DNA from: Bifidobacterium breve
GTDB lineage: Bacteria; Actinomycetota; Actinomycetes; S36-B12; UBA5976
Length of the DNA: 64,000 bases
Assembly: GCA_945866135.1 (NCBI GenBank)
Contig: CAMBGF010000001.1
Location: 24,805-88,804, forward strand
Direction: 5' to 3'
A model generated the notes under the pieces. It was not told the origin of the DNA, searched no databases, and saw nothing but the letters and a program-made list of their open reading frames with translations. Position numbers and translations under genes: made by a program. The number at the start of each line of letters is the position of its first letter. Within the stretch, counting starts at the first letter, position 1. This document shows, one piece after another, positions 11,069 to 21,330 of the stretch.

Positions 11069-12310
11069 CTAATGTGCCACGCCGGCTGCGCCGTGCTCGT
11101 CGATTAAATGACCAGTTACAAATCGGTTCAGGCTAAATGGAGCATTTAATTCATGAGGTTCACCCGTTGCAATGGTGTGTGCCATAGTCCAACCGGATGC
11201 AGGGGTTGCTTTGAAACCACCAGTACCCCAACCAGTATTTATAAATAAGTTTTCAACGGGCGTGTGTCCAATGATTGGCGAGGCATCGGGTGAAATGTCG
11301 ACTATGCCACCCCAAGTACGAAGTAGGTGAGCTCGTTCAAAAATCGGGAAGAGTTCGATTGCTGCTGCTAACTGATGTTCAATCACATGGAAGCCACCGC
11401 GTTGTGCGTAGGAATTGAAAGCATCAGTTCCTGCACCCATTACTAATTCACCTTTATGGGCTTGGCTTACGTACACATGCACCATGCCACTCATGATTAC
11501 AGTGTTGTGAACTTGTTCCAGCAGTTCAGAAACTAGTGCTTGCAGTGGCCTGCTTTGAATCGGAATATCAAAACCTGCAAGATTTGCTAACACGCTGGAA
11601 TGCCCGGCAGCTACCATGCCTACTTTTTGTGCGGCGATTGGACCGAGATTGGTTTTTACGCCGTGAACTTTTCCATCACGAATATCAAAGCCAGTGACTT
11701 CGCAGCCTTGAATGATGTCAACACCCATGTCAGCTGCGGCTTTGGCGTAACCCCAAGCGACCCAGTCATGCTTAGCGATACCACCGCGGGGTTGGAAAGT
11801 AGCGCCAAGTACTGGGTAGCGAACATCTGGATTGATATTAACAATTGGCGCAATTTCTTTTACTTGCTCTGGAGTCAACCATTCGCTATCGATGTCGTTT
11901 ATTTTATTGGCATGGTAATTGCGTGCCTTGGCTCGCAAGTCACTCACGCTGTGAGCAAGGGACATTACTCCACGTTGGCTAAAGAACATTTCGTAGCCAA
12001 CTTCTTCTTCGAGATTTTCCCAAAGTTTTAGGGAGTGCTCGTAAATTCCGGCAGATTCATCCCAAAGGTAATTGGATCTGATGACAGTAGTGTTGCGGGC
12101 CATGTTTCCGCCAGCTAACCAGCCTTTTTCTAGTACCGCGATGTTGGTAATGCCATGGTTCTTAGCTAGGTAATAAGCAGTTGACAGTCCATGACCCCCA
12201 CCACCGATGATGATGACGTCATAAACCTTTTTGGGAGTAACTCGCGCAGTCCACAAAAAATCAGGATGTTCAGGTAATTCGACACTTCGTCGACGAGTCG
12301 TGGTAGCCAT
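11069..12310 (-). CDS. soxB: sarcosine oxidase beta subunit
   Basis: 413 aa with the FAD fold [20 protein letters not shown]. The gene order is soxB-D-A-G. Confidence 0.92.
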   Translation of the reverse strand: MATTTRRRSVELPEHPDFLWTARVTPKKVYDVIIIGGGGHGLSTAYYLAKNHGITNIAVLEKGWLAGGNMARNTTVIRSNYLWDESAGIYEHSLKLWENLEEEVGYEMFFSQRGVMSLAHSVSDLRAKARNYHANKINDIDSEWLTPEQVKEIAPIVNINPDVRYPVLGATFQPRGGIAKHDWVAWGYAKAAADMGVDIIQGCEVTGFDIRDGKVHGVKTNLGPIAAQKVGMVAAGHSSVLANLAGFDIPIQSRPLQALVSELLEQVHNTVIMSGMVHVYVSQAHKGELVMGAGTDAFNSYAQRGGFHVIEHQLAAAIELFPIFERAHLLRTWGGIVDISPDASPIIGHTPVENLFINTGWGTGGFKATPASGWTMAHTIATGEPHELNAPFSLNRFVTGHLIDEHGAAGVAH

Positions 12311-12333
12311 GTTTAGAGCCTATCTACTGATAA

Positions 12334-14757
12334 TTAAGAGCGCAGTCGGGACATCGAGGCATCAAACTGTGGGTCATCGCTGACTACGGCTGGATACATC
12401 GAATCAAAGTATTTGACGGTAACTTGCGTGCCTAATGTGGTGTGATCAATTGGCAACCAGGCGTATGCAATCTGCTTGCCAATTGAATGACCAAAATAGG
12501 AGCTTGTGGTGTAGCCCACCGGCACGCCAGCGACAAATACTGGTTCTTTGCCCATGACAACATGTTCTGGATTGGCAAATACCAGGCAGACTAACTTACG
12601 GGTTATGGCTGCTGCATCTAGAGCTTCAAAAGCATCGGCGCCGATGTAGCCGCCACCCTTACGAACTGAAAATGCTAAACCTGCTTCATGTGGATTATGT
12701 TCACTCGTCATGTCAGTGCCGTAAGAGCGGTAACCCTTTTCTAAGCGCATGGAGTTAAATGCACCACGACCGGCAGGGATAATTGCGAATTCTTTGCCAG
12801 CTTCCAGCAAGGTATCCCAAAGTTTTAGTGCCATGTCAGCATCAGTGTAAATTTCGTAACCAAGTTCACCGACGTAGGAAAGTCTCCATAGTGTTGCTGG
12901 AACTTGGTCTAAGTAAATTGACTTCGCCTTGAAGTAACCAAAGGCTTCATTGGAAACATCTTGTTTTGTTAATTTCTCAACAACTTTGCGAGCGTGTGGC
13001 CCAAATAAACCAAGGCCTACTGTGCCAGCTGTGATGTCTTTGACGAACACTGTGTCTGGCGCCACTTTTTGCAACCTGGCAACATCAATTGCGCCATTCG
13101 CGCCAATCATAAAGTGGTTTTCACTTAAGCGAGTAACAGTCACATCAGAAAGAATTCCTGCTGACTTAGTCAACATCAAGCAGTAAGTTACTGAGCCAGG
13201 CGATTTATCGAGCTTTCCAGTAGTTTGTGCCATTAAGAATTCCAAGGCACCCTTACCCGTTACTTCAATTCGCTTCAAGGAAGTGATATCGAATAACCCA
13301 ACATTCTCGCGAACGTATTGCGCTTCGGCGCCGATGATAGGCGACCAGAATTGTGCAGACCAATTATCGCGAGCAGGTGAGGGATACTTAGCAACTAATT
13401 CGCTATTTGATTCATACCACTGTGGTCGCTCGTAACCTGATGCTTCAAGGAAGTAAGCGCCAAGTTCTTGTTGGCGATGATAAAAACCTGTGGTGCGAAG
13501 TGGCCGTGGCTTTTCCATTGGTTGTAGCGGATGAATTACGTCGTAAACTTCAACGTAGTTTTGCGCGCCCCGCATAGCGATGTGGTTTGGTCCGAGTTGA
13601 TGTGGCTCAAATCGATTTACATCACATTCATGTACTGCGAGCTGGGGATGACCATCAATAATCCATTCGGCAGTTGCGCGGGCAACTCCAACGGCGTGGG
13701 TAACCCAAACTGCTTCGGCAACCCAGAAGCCCTTAAGACCATTCCATTCACCCATCAATGGAAAAGTATCGACAGTGAATGAAAACATGCCGTTCATACC
13801 ATCAGTAAGTTTTGCATTCTTTAACTCCGGCATAATTTCGCCAGCAAGCTCCATAACTGGTTCCCACTCTGGCTGGGTAAATGGCATTTGGCTTGGCATG
13901 ATTTCAGCTTTATCAAAAGGCAAAATCTCTTCGGATTCAACTGGCAAAGGTCGGTGTAAGTAGGATCCAATTCCCATGCCGTTGAAGCGCTGGCGGAAAT
14001 ACAAGTCTTCACCTTGGTGTCGCATGATTGGGATTGTTATTTCCTGGGTTTGATCGGCCAGTGAAGCAATGTCTTCGGTCCAAGCTAACTGGTGAGCAAG
14101 TGGTTGGAAGGCCTTTGTCATACCAAACATGCGACCAACTTTTGGTCCCCAGATCCCAGCACAGGAAATAACTATTTCTGCTGGAAAGAATCCTTGATCC
14201 GTTGTAACGCCAGTAACTTGCCCACCTTCTTGTTCAACTGCAATTACTTCATGGCGATCCTTAAAGATTGCGCCGCGAGATTCCGCAAGTTTTTGCAATG
14301 CTTCGACAGCGCGCACAGCTTTAGCAATCCCATCAGTAGGGCAATAAATTGCACCTAAAATTTTGGTTGGATCAAGTACGGGATGAAGTTCACCGGCGCG
14401 TTCGGGGGAGACAACTTCGGCTTCATATCCATAAGACTGCAGCCAGGCAGTGCGGCGGTGCAATTCTTTTAAGCGCGCTGGTGTTGTGGCAACTTCAAGG
14501 GAACCAACTTGATAAAAACCTGGGCCATCTGCGTTTGCGATACTCAGCAATTTGTTAATAGTTTGATCAGCCATGGCGGCAAGAGTTTTGTTTCCAGTAA
14601 CTTTTTGCACAAGTCCAGGTGCATGTGAAGTTGAACCGCCAGGTGCTGGCATGGGACCCTGCTCGATAACTGTGACATCGTTCCAACCACGCTGGGTTAA
14701 CTCATCAGCCAATGAGCAGCCAACTATGCCACCACCGATAATCACAATTTTTTTCAC
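12334..14757 (-). CDS. dimethylglycine oxidase/dehydrogenase (DAO domain fused to a GcvT-like H4F-binding domain)
   Basis: 807 aa. N-terminal KKIVIIGGGIVGCSLADEL and a C-terminal aminomethyltransferase-like domain. Its size is similar to Arthrobacter DMGO. Confidence 0.85.
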   Translation of the reverse strand: MKKIVIIGGGIVGCSLADELTQRGWNDVTVIEQGPMPAPGGSTSHAPGLVQKVTGNKTLAAMADQTINKLLSIANADGPGFYQVGSLEVATTPARLKELHRRTAWLQSYGYEAEVVSPERAGELHPVLDPTKILGAIYCPTDGIAKAVRAVEALQKLAESRGAIFKDRHEVIAVEQEGGQVTGVTTDQGFFPAEIVISCAGIWGPKVGRMFGMTKAFQPLAHQLAWTEDIASLADQTQEITIPIMRHQGEDLYFRQRFNGMGIGSYLHRPLPVESEEILPFDKAEIMPSQMPFTQPEWEPVMELAGEIMPELKNAKLTDGMNGMFSFTVDTFPLMGEWNGLKGFWVAEAVWVTHAVGVARATAEWIIDGHPQLAVHECDVNRFEPHQLGPNHIAMRGAQNYVEVYDVIHPLQPMEKPRPLRTTGFYHRQQELGAYFLEASGYERPQWYESNSELVAKYPSPARDNWSAQFWSPIIGAEAQYVRENVGLFDITSLKRIEVTGKGALEFLMAQTTGKLDKSPGSVTYCLMLTKSAGILSDVTVTRLSENHFMIGANGAIDVARLQKVAPDTVFVKDITAGTVGLGLFGPHARKVVEKLTKQDVSNEAFGYFKAKSIYLDQVPATLWRLSYVGELGYEIYTDADMALKLWDTLLEAGKEFAIIPAGRGAFNSMRLEKGYRSYGTDMTSEHNPHEAGLAFSVRKGGGYIGADAFEALDAAAITRKLVCLVFANPEHVVMGKEPVFVAGVPVGYTTSSYFGHSIGKQIAYAWLPIDHTTLGTQVTVKYFDSMYPAVVSDDPQFDASMSRLRS

Positions 14758-14784
14758 GAGTAACCCTCATTCGCTTCAAATTGA

Positions 14785-14824
14785 CTGTTGCGAACTATGC
14801 AACAGAGTGCGTGTTGCGCAACAC
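14785..14824. promoter_or_regulatory. two adjacent perfect palindromes upstream of the dimethylglycine oxidase operon (candidate operator)
   Basis: CTGTTGC-gaactat-GCAACAG at 14785-14805 and GTGTTGCGCAACAC at 14811-14824. They lie 28-67 nt upstream of the start at 14757. The same TGTTGC/GCAACA half-site recurs at 21268-21307. Confidence 0.4.
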
Positions 14825-14876
14825 TTTAATTTTCCTCTTAGTAAGGCATTGGGTCAAGTGGAATGCCCAAAGAACT

Positions 14877-14916
14877 AAAAAAAGAACTGGTGAGCCCCGA
14901 AGGACTCACCAGTTCT
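14877..14916 (-). terminator. rho-independent terminator after opuAC
   Basis: Perfect 12-bp stem AGAACTGGTGAG / CTCACCAGTTCT (14883-14894 and 14905-14916) with a 10-nt loop. On the minus strand it is followed by a T7 run (A7 at 14877-14883 on plus). Confidence 0.6.
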
Positions 14917-14939
14917 GTTGATTTATTAGCCAGGCTTAC

Positions 14940-15908
14940 TTACTTAAGCCAGCCAGCAACTATGTCCGCATGGGCATCTATCCACTTCTGAGCAGCTACA
15001 GCTGGATCAGTTCCGGATTCGATGTCGGCTGCGACTTCGTTCTGGTCATCATTTGTCCAGGTGAAGTTCTTAACGATCTTGGTGAAAGCATCGTTAGCAT
15101 CAATAACCTTAGGAGTTGCCAACTTCTGCAGAGGTAACTCTGGGTAGTCAGTAAGACCTGAGGCTTGCTCTGGATCTGTCCAGTCATTCGCAGGGAAATT
15201 GATGCGAGCCAATGGAACTTTCGCTAGGAAGTTTTGTGGCGTATACCAGTAACCGATTGCAGGTGTCTTATCAGCGGCAGCCTTTGTGAAGACATCAATT
15301 AATGCCTGCTCAGAGCCTGTTGAGATAGCAGTGAAGTTCAGCTTGTTAGCTGAAATCATTTTCTCACCGATTGTGGTGTATCCCGGAGGACCTTCGTACC
15401 AAGCGCCCTTACCCTTTGATTCGTCAGTGACGAAAAGATCAGCATATTTATTTAGGTTTGCTGAATCTGTGATGTCTGGATTTTCGTCAGCCATCCACTG
15501 TGGAACGTACATTCCGATAATGCCAATGTTTCCGTTGTCGCCAACTTGAACCAAAGCTCCACGGTCTGCCCATTCTTGCCAGCGGCCGCCGCCCCAGTCT
15601 TCGATAACTAGGTCTACTGAGCCCGCTTCCATAGCGTCATATGTAACGCCAGCTTCGGCAAGTGTGACCTGAGAGATATCGCAACCATTTGCCTTAGCAA
15701 TTTCAGTTACAACTTGTGCTGAGGCGGTGTAACCAACCCAAGCGTGCATAGCAATGGCGTACGAGCCACAAGCTGCTACTTCCGCAGCATCTGTTGGTGC
15801 AGCAGATGCTTCTGCATCCACTCCCGCGCCACCACATGCTGCCAACAGAAGTGCAGCAGCTGCCGCAAGCACACTGGCTTTGGCAGCAGCTTTCTTATTT
15901 CGGATCAT
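14940..15908 (-). CDS. opuAC: glycine betaine/choline ABC transporter substrate-binding lipoprotein
   Basis: I chose the start at 15908 (MIRNKKAAAKASVLAAAAALLLAACGG), which gives a signal peptide plus lipobox and has GAGGAG upstream. The track ORF extends to 16031 and would overlap the permease gene. Confidence 0.8.
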   Translation of the reverse strand: MIRNKKAAAKASVLAAAAALLLAACGGAGVDAEASAAPTDAAEVAACGSYAIAMHAWVGYTASAQVVTEIAKANGCDISQVTLAEAGVTYDAMEAGSVDLVIEDWGGGRWQEWADRGALVQVGDNGNIGIIGMYVPQWMADENPDITDSANLNKYADLFVTDESKGKGAWYEGPPGYTTIGEKMISANKLNFTAISTGSEQALIDVFTKAAADKTPAIGYWYTPQNFLAKVPLARINFPANDWTDPEQASGLTDYPELPLQKLATPKVIDANDAFTKIVKNFTWTNDDQNEVAADIESGTDPAVAAQKWIDAHADIVAGWLK

Positions 15909-15978
15909 TCTTATCTCCTCGCTAGGAAACGAACTATCTTGCGATAGTTCTTCAAACCAACGTTTGTTAGTTTGAAAT

Positions 15979-17958
15979 CTAGTGCTTGGGGGCCGAATTA
16001 CGGGCCACCGTGTACTGGGCAATTCGGTCAATCATTAGGCCAAGTAACAGGATTGAAAATCCTGCGATCAGCCCTTTACCTTGCAACTCTGGCTTTGACC
16101 CACCGACTATTACTAAATAGCCAAGTCCACCGGCGCCAACAAGGCCGCCAATAACCACCACTGCTAGTACAAATATCAATCCTTGATTAGTGGCAAGGAG
16201 TAGGGACTTCTTTGCCGCGGGAAGTTGTACTTTCGTTATCAACTGCCACTTAGTGGAACCTGTGGAAATCGCTGCCTCAATCATATTGGTTGGCACTTCC
16301 CGGATACCCTGGCCCACGATTTTGACGACTATGGGTATGGAATAGACGATTCCAGTGGCGATACCGGTAAACCGAGAGGGTCCAAAAAAGCCGAGCATCG
16401 GAATCAAATAAACAAATGCAGGCAGGGTTTGTCCCGCATCCAAAATTGGGCGCAGGGCGCGTTCGGCTCGGGTACTTCGACCAATCCAGACGCCAACAAC
16501 TACACCGATGAGCATGGTCAATATGGTTGCAACGATGGTTTGCGTGAAAGTAACCATAGTGTCAAACCAAAGACCACTTGCCACTATCGCAAGTAACAAA
16601 GTGAGTGTTATGAATGCTGATCGCAGGCCACCAAGAATTAATGACAGCAGTGAGATCATTGCCACGGTCAAGAACCAAGGCGAATTTGAGAGTACGCCTT
16701 CAAGCGGATTCAAAATTCCTACCGTGACGGCCTTAGCTAAACCTGTAGTTAGGAATTCAAAATTTTCGGTAATCCAGAATATAGATGATTCCGTGACATT
16801 CGAAACGGGTTTACTTATGTCTACCTGCTCGGGAAAGTAAGCCGCCCATGCTAATTGCCGAGATAGCACGATGCAGATAATCGTGGCAACTCCCGCTGAA
16901 ACAAGTCCGAGTTTGCGACGTCTCCGAGCGCTAGCTGGAGCAGGTACAAAAGATTCATCAATAGAAATTGCGGCAGAGGTACTTCGATCAAGCATGATTG
17001 CAATCAGCACAACTGCAATTCCAGCAACAAAGCCACCCCCAACATCTCGAATGATGAGGGCATCGATAACAGGTTTACCTAATCCTGGCGCTCCAATCAA
17101 AGCGGCAATTACAACAAAAGATAGCGCTGCCATAACTGTTTGGTTTATACCCAAAATAATTGTGCGCGAAGACATGGGCAATTGAATTTTTCTAAGCAAC
17201 TGAATTTTTGTGGTGCCCATTGATGTTCCAGCTTCAACCGGACTAACTGGAACCCCGCGAATTCCAAAAGCAGTCAGACGAACTGCAATAGGAATGCTAT
17301 AAACCATAGTTGCAATAGTTGCTGAGGCGGGACCAATCAAAAAGAACAGCGCAAGGGGTGCGAGGTAAACCAGGGTAGGCAGAATTTGAGCAAGATCCAA
17401 TATCGGAGTTACTGCTTTCAACGCGCGATCTGAAAGACCCGCCCAGATTCCAACAGGAATTCCTATTAACAGCGACATAATCACAGCAGCCAATGTCATT
17501 GCAAGAGTGTCCATGGAGTCAGTCCAGAGTCCGAGCGCGCCACAGGCGAAAACCAAAATTACTGCTGCAATTGCCATTCGTAAATGTGAGACTGCATAGA
17601 CCACGAATCCAATGACAGCAATAACACCGAGCCATCCAAGTAGGGGAATACTTGAGTCCCCGGCGGGGATAGCGATTATTTCTCGGATGCCCGTTACGAA
17701 TCCATCTATAAATTCACGGATCGGATTAAAGAAGTATTTAAAACTCGCGCCGTCACTTCTATTGGCTCGAATTGATGCAGCAACATTGCCAGCCCACGTG
17801 GTTACCCCAGTATCTTCTGGCACAGCTAAAACTAGTGTTGCCTGCCCTTGGAAAATTTTGGCAAGCACAACCCAAGCCGCAAACAGCATTGCAATTAACC
17901 AACCACGTTTAAGTTTTTTTGGTTTTGCAATAAACATTGTTTCCTTCGTGTTACTCAT
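15979..17958 (-). CDS. opuAB: fused (tandem-duplicated) glycine betaine ABC transporter permease
   Basis: 659 aa with two homologous permease halves ([17 protein letters not shown]... and [17 protein letters not shown]...). Its start overlaps the ATPase stop (ATGA). Confidence 0.85.
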   Translation of the reverse strand: MSNTKETMFIAKPKKLKRGWLIAMLFAAWVVLAKIFQGQATLVLAVPEDTGVTTWAGNVAASIRANRSDGASFKYFFNPIREFIDGFVTGIREIIAIPAGDSSIPLLGWLGVIAVIGFVVYAVSHLRMAIAAVILVFACGALGLWTDSMDTLAMTLAAVIMSLLIGIPVGIWAGLSDRALKAVTPILDLAQILPTLVYLAPLALFFLIGPASATIATMVYSIPIAVRLTAFGIRGVPVSPVEAGTSMGTTKIQLLRKIQLPMSSRTIILGINQTVMAALSFVVIAALIGAPGLGKPVIDALIIRDVGGGFVAGIAVVLIAIMLDRSTSAAISIDESFVPAPASARRRRKLGLVSAGVATIICIVLSRQLAWAAYFPEQVDISKPVSNVTESSIFWITENFEFLTTGLAKAVTVGILNPLEGVLSNSPWFLTVAMISLLSLILGGLRSAFITLTLLLAIVASGLWFDTMVTFTQTIVATILTMLIGVVVGVWIGRSTRAERALRPILDAGQTLPAFVYLIPMLGFFGPSRFTGIATGIVYSIPIVVKIVGQGIREVPTNMIEAAISTGSTKWQLITKVQLPAAKKSLLLATNQGLIFVLAVVVIGGLVGAGGLGYLVIVGGSKPELQGKGLIAGFSILLLGLMIDRIAQYTVARNSAPKH

Positions 17959-18989
17959 CCGTGGCTGCCGCCTCCAACAAGTAGCAAGAAATCACGTGGG
18001 GTAATGAAACCCAGCGTCGTATTGCCTTCAACAACTGCAACTGGTCCATCAGCGTCCAAGATCGCAGCAGTTGCATCACGGATTATGGTTGTGGCCGGGA
18101 TGCTTCGACCACTTGCAGTTTCGTTACTGGCAAGAGGTCGAGCGATAGTTCGCACTGTCAATACGTGTGATTTAGGTACATCGCGCGTGAAGTCAGCAAC
18201 GTAGTCATCGGCTGGATTGGCAATAAGTTCTTCGGCTGTTCCCATTTGAACTACGGCGCCATCGCGCATGATTGCAATGCGATCTCCAACACGCAGCGCC
18301 TCAGCTAAATCGTGAGTAATGAAAACCATGGTCTTGCCAAGTTCTTCATGTAGGCGCATAACTTCAGCTTGCATATCACGCCTAATGAGTGGATCTAAGG
18401 CTGAAAAGGGTTCATCCAAGAACATAACGTCTGGATCCACAGCAAGGGCGCGCGCTAACCCAACACGTTGCTGCATACCACCAGAAAGTTGCTCTGGGTA
18501 GGCCTGCGCAAAACCCTGCAATCCAACAAGCTCAATCACTTCATTTGCGCGGGCATGGCGCGCTTCCTTGCTCACGCCATTTACTTCAAGTGCGAACGCG
18601 ATGTTGTCAATAACTCTGCGGTGCGGCAGCAAACCGAAGTTTTGAAAAACCATAGAAAATTTAGTTCTGCGCAGTTCGCGAAGCCGCGCATCGGATGCCT
18701 TGAGTACGTCTTCACCATTCATTACAACGCTGCCTGAAGTGGGTTCAATCAAACGAGTTAGACAACGTACCAAAGTTGACTTACCCGATCCGGAAAGCCC
18801 CATAACTACGAAAACTTCACCAGGCGCGACTTCAAAGGACACATCTCGAACAGCAGCAGTATTTCCAGTCTTCTCGCGCAGCTCAGCTCGCGGCAAGGCA
18901 GCGTCGGGACTACCAACAATCTTTTCGGGATTAGGTCCGAATACTTGCCATAGATTATTTACTGAGATCGCACTATTGCTTTCAGACAT
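17955..18989 (-). CDS. opuAA: glycine betaine ABC transporter ATP-binding protein
   Basis: 344 aa with Walker [10 protein letters not shown], signature [15 protein letters not shown], Walker [12 protein letters not shown], and a C-terminal CBS-like regulatory region. Confidence 0.9.
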   Translation of the reverse strand: MSESNSAISVNNLWQVFGPNPEKIVGSPDAALPRAELREKTGNTAAVRDVSFEVAPGEVFVVMGLSGSGKSTLVRCLTRLIEPTSGSVVMNGEDVLKASDARLRELRRTKFSMVFQNFGLLPHRRVIDNIAFALEVNGVSKEARHARANEVIELVGLQGFAQAYPEQLSGGMQQRVGLARALAVDPDVMFLDEPFSALDPLIRRDMQAEVMRLHEELGKTMVFITHDLAEALRVGDRIAIMRDGAVVQMGTAEELIANPADDYVADFTRDVPKSHVLTVRTIARPLASNETASGRSIPATTIIRDATAAILDADGPVAVVEGNTTLGFITPRDFLLLVGGGSHG

Positions 18990-20487
18990 CTACTTTCCCT
19001 TTCGTTGGTACAAACCATTGTGATGGTGCCGGGGCTAGATTTTGCCAAATATGTTTATGTTCTAAATACTCTGCAAGTCCAGCTTCGCCAAGTTCACGGC
19101 CGTTTCCTGATTGCTTGAACCCACCCCATTCGGCTTGGGCAACATATGGGTGATAGTCATTTATCCAGATCGTGCCATGGCGCAATTGCCTGGCAACGCG
19201 CTGTGCTTTGTCAGAATCGCTTGTCCAAACTGCGCCTGCAAGACCGAAGATAGTGTCATTGCCAAGCTTGATTGCCTCGTCTTCAGTATCGAAAACTTCG
19301 ACCGTCAAAATTGGACCAAAGGATTCATCTTGCACGCAATGCATTTCAGTGGTGCAGTTATCCAGCACGGTCGGCCGGTAGAAGAAGCCGTTCTCAAACT
19401 GGGCACCTTCGGGACGCATTCCTCCTGCGCGCAAAATAGCACCTTCGGAAAGCGCATCGGCAACATAACGTTCAACTTTGTCGCGGTGAGCTGCGCTTAT
19501 CAAAGAGCCAGTCTCGGCATCGGGATCAGTTGCCCCACCAAGTCGAATTAGATCTGCGCGCCGCGCAATTTCGGTTACTACTTGCTCATGAATCTTGCGC
19601 TCTACCAGCAAGCGCGCTCCAGCAGAGCAAACTTGCCCAGAGTGCAAAAACACAGCCGTTAGCGCATTGTCGATAGCAGCATCAAGATCTGCATCAGCAA
19701 AAATAATATTTGGGTTCTTGCCACCAAGTTCTAGAGCCACTCGCTTAACAGTTTCTGCAGCATTGATCATCAAACGTTTTCCAGTTGCCAAACTGCCGGT
19801 AAAGGAAACCATGTCAACACCAGGATGAGTGCTCATTGGACCACCGGCCACTGCGCCAGATCCAAGAACTAGATTTGCCACTCCTGTTGGTAAACCAGCT
19901 TCACTAAACACATCCATCATCATTGAAGTAGTAGAAGGTGTTAACTCACTTGGCTTAATGACAAAAGTGCAACCAGCTGCAATTGCTGGCGCCATTTTCC
20001 ATGACGCCTGGAGTAGGGGATAGTTCCAGGGCGTAATCATCGCGATCACGCCTATGGGTTCGGAAGTCATGGTGCTTCGAACGTTTTGCCTTCCTGGATC
20101 AACTTCGCGGTCATGATTTTGTGGCGCAAGAGTTGAAAAATATTTGAACACTGAAATCACATCTGCAATGTCGTATTGCGCCTCAACAAGCCGCTTTGCG
20201 GTATCTTCAGATTCCGCTTTGGCGAATAACTCTTTGTCACGTTCGAGAATGTCAGCTACGCGTTCCAAGATTTTCCCGCGTTGTTCACCAGTAAATGAAC
20301 CCCAATGGCCTGAGTCAAAAGCATGACGGGCTGCATCTATGGCAGCGACAGTGTCTGAGGCGCCGGCTTCATGAAAGGTGGCCACTAAGTGAGCATCTGC
20401 TGGATGCAAAACATTTCTGATCTCACCTGAGGAACTACCCTGTCGTTTGCCATTGATGAAGAGTTCAGTCATATGTTCATAAGCCAT
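18982..20487 (-). CDS. betB: betaine-aldehyde dehydrogenase (ALDH family)
   Basis: 501 aa with ALDH motifs ELGGKNP and the catalytic Cys in [10 protein letters not shown]. Substrate is inferred from context with betA and opuA. Confidence 0.8.
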   Translation of the reverse strand: MAYEHMTELFINGKRQGSSSGEIRNVLHPADAHLVATFHEAGASDTVAAIDAARHAFDSGHWGSFTGEQRGKILERVADILERDKELFAKAESEDTAKRLVEAQYDIADVISVFKYFSTLAPQNHDREVDPGRQNVRSTMTSEPIGVIAMITPWNYPLLQASWKMAPAIAAGCTFVIKPSELTPSTTSMMMDVFSEAGLPTGVANLVLGSGAVAGGPMSTHPGVDMVSFTGSLATGKRLMINAAETVKRVALELGGKNPNIIFADADLDAAIDNALTAVFLHSGQVCSAGARLLVERKIHEQVVTEIARRADLIRLGGATDPDAETGSLISAAHRDKVERYVADALSEGAILRAGGMRPEGAQFENGFFYRPTVLDNCTTEMHCVQDESFGPILTVEVFDTEDEAIKLGNDTIFGLAGAVWTSDSDKAQRVARQLRHGTIWINDYHPYVAQAEWGGFKQSGNGRELGEAGLAEYLEHKHIWQNLAPAPSQWFVPTKGKVDV

Positions 20488-20498
20488 AGTTGAAAACC

Positions 20499-21278
20499 TT
20501 ACTCACGCCAATAATTAGGATTGCCAGAGAGTTTAGCCGCACTGGCTTTCACTATTTGGCCTAATGAATCAAAATCTTTTGGCTTTAGTCGACTCGCAGG
20601 ACCAGAGATAACCAGAGCTGCCGCAACTTCGTCATGCACATCCCGAATGGGCGCTGCAACCGCAACAAAATCAGCTTCCATTTCCTGATAAGCAACGGCG
20701 TAACCAAGTTCGCGAACCTGCGCCAATTCCTTTTCTAATGCCTCGCCAGAAGTTATGGTGTTGGGCGCTAACTTTCCCCAGGAATCGGGTCTGGCGGCTA
20801 TCCGAGATGGCTTATCAAGCCAGGCAGTGAGTACCTTGCCAGTTGCAGTGCAGTGGGTTGGCACACTTTGCCCGAGCCAACTGCGCATCGAAACCATGGA
20901 TGGTCCCATAACTTGATCAACATAAAGAACGCGATTGTTATCGAGCACTGCAATGTTTACGGTCTCGCCAACTTGTATTGCCAGGGCCCTGGTTACCGCC
21001 CGGGAACCGGAGACAACATCGAGGGAACTTGTAACTGCGCCAGCCAGGCGCACTAAACCAAGACCCAATCGGTAGCGCCCGCGATCTGAAACTTGTTCAA
21101 CTAGACCATGCGCTAAGAGCGATGACATTAACCGAGATGCTGTTGATTTATGAACAGCTAAATCGGCAGCGATTTGAGTTACGCCAGACTCACCGCGTTG
21201 GGCAAGGATTTCCAGGATGGCAATTGCCCGATCTACTGATTGAACTGAGCCAGATTCGGCTATATGCGTGTTGCCCAT
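20499..21278 (-). CDS. IclR-family transcriptional regulator (regulator 1)
   Basis: 259 aa with an N-terminal wHTH (SVDRAIAILEILA...GVTQIAADLAVHKSTASRLM) and a C-terminal IclR effector domain. Confidence 0.85.
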   Translation of the reverse strand: MGNTHIAESGSVQSVDRAIAILEILAQRGESGVTQIAADLAVHKSTASRLMSSLLAHGLVEQVSDRGRYRLGLGLVRLAGAVTSSLDVVSGSRAVTRALAIQVGETVNIAVLDNNRVLYVDQVMGPSMVSMRSWLGQSVPTHCTATGKVLTAWLDKPSRIAARPDSWGKLAPNTITSGEALEKELAQVRELGYAVAYQEMEADFVAVAAPIRDVHDEVAAALVISGPASRLKPKDFDSLGQIVKASAAKLSGNPNYWRE

Positions 21279-21307
21279 GGCGCAACATTATGCGTCATGG
21301 GCAACAC
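21268..21307. promoter_or_regulatory. perfect 12-bp inverted repeat spanning the start codon of IclR regulator 1 (operator and/or RNA hairpin)
   Basis: GTGTTGCCCATG (21268-21279) and CATGGGCAACAC (21296-21307) with a 16-nt spacer. A nested TGTTGC-N7-GCAACA sits at 21269-21287. The iclR ATG (21278-21276) lies inside one arm. Confidence 0.4.
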
Positions 21308-21330
21308 TTGTCTTGAAAATAGCGAATTAG

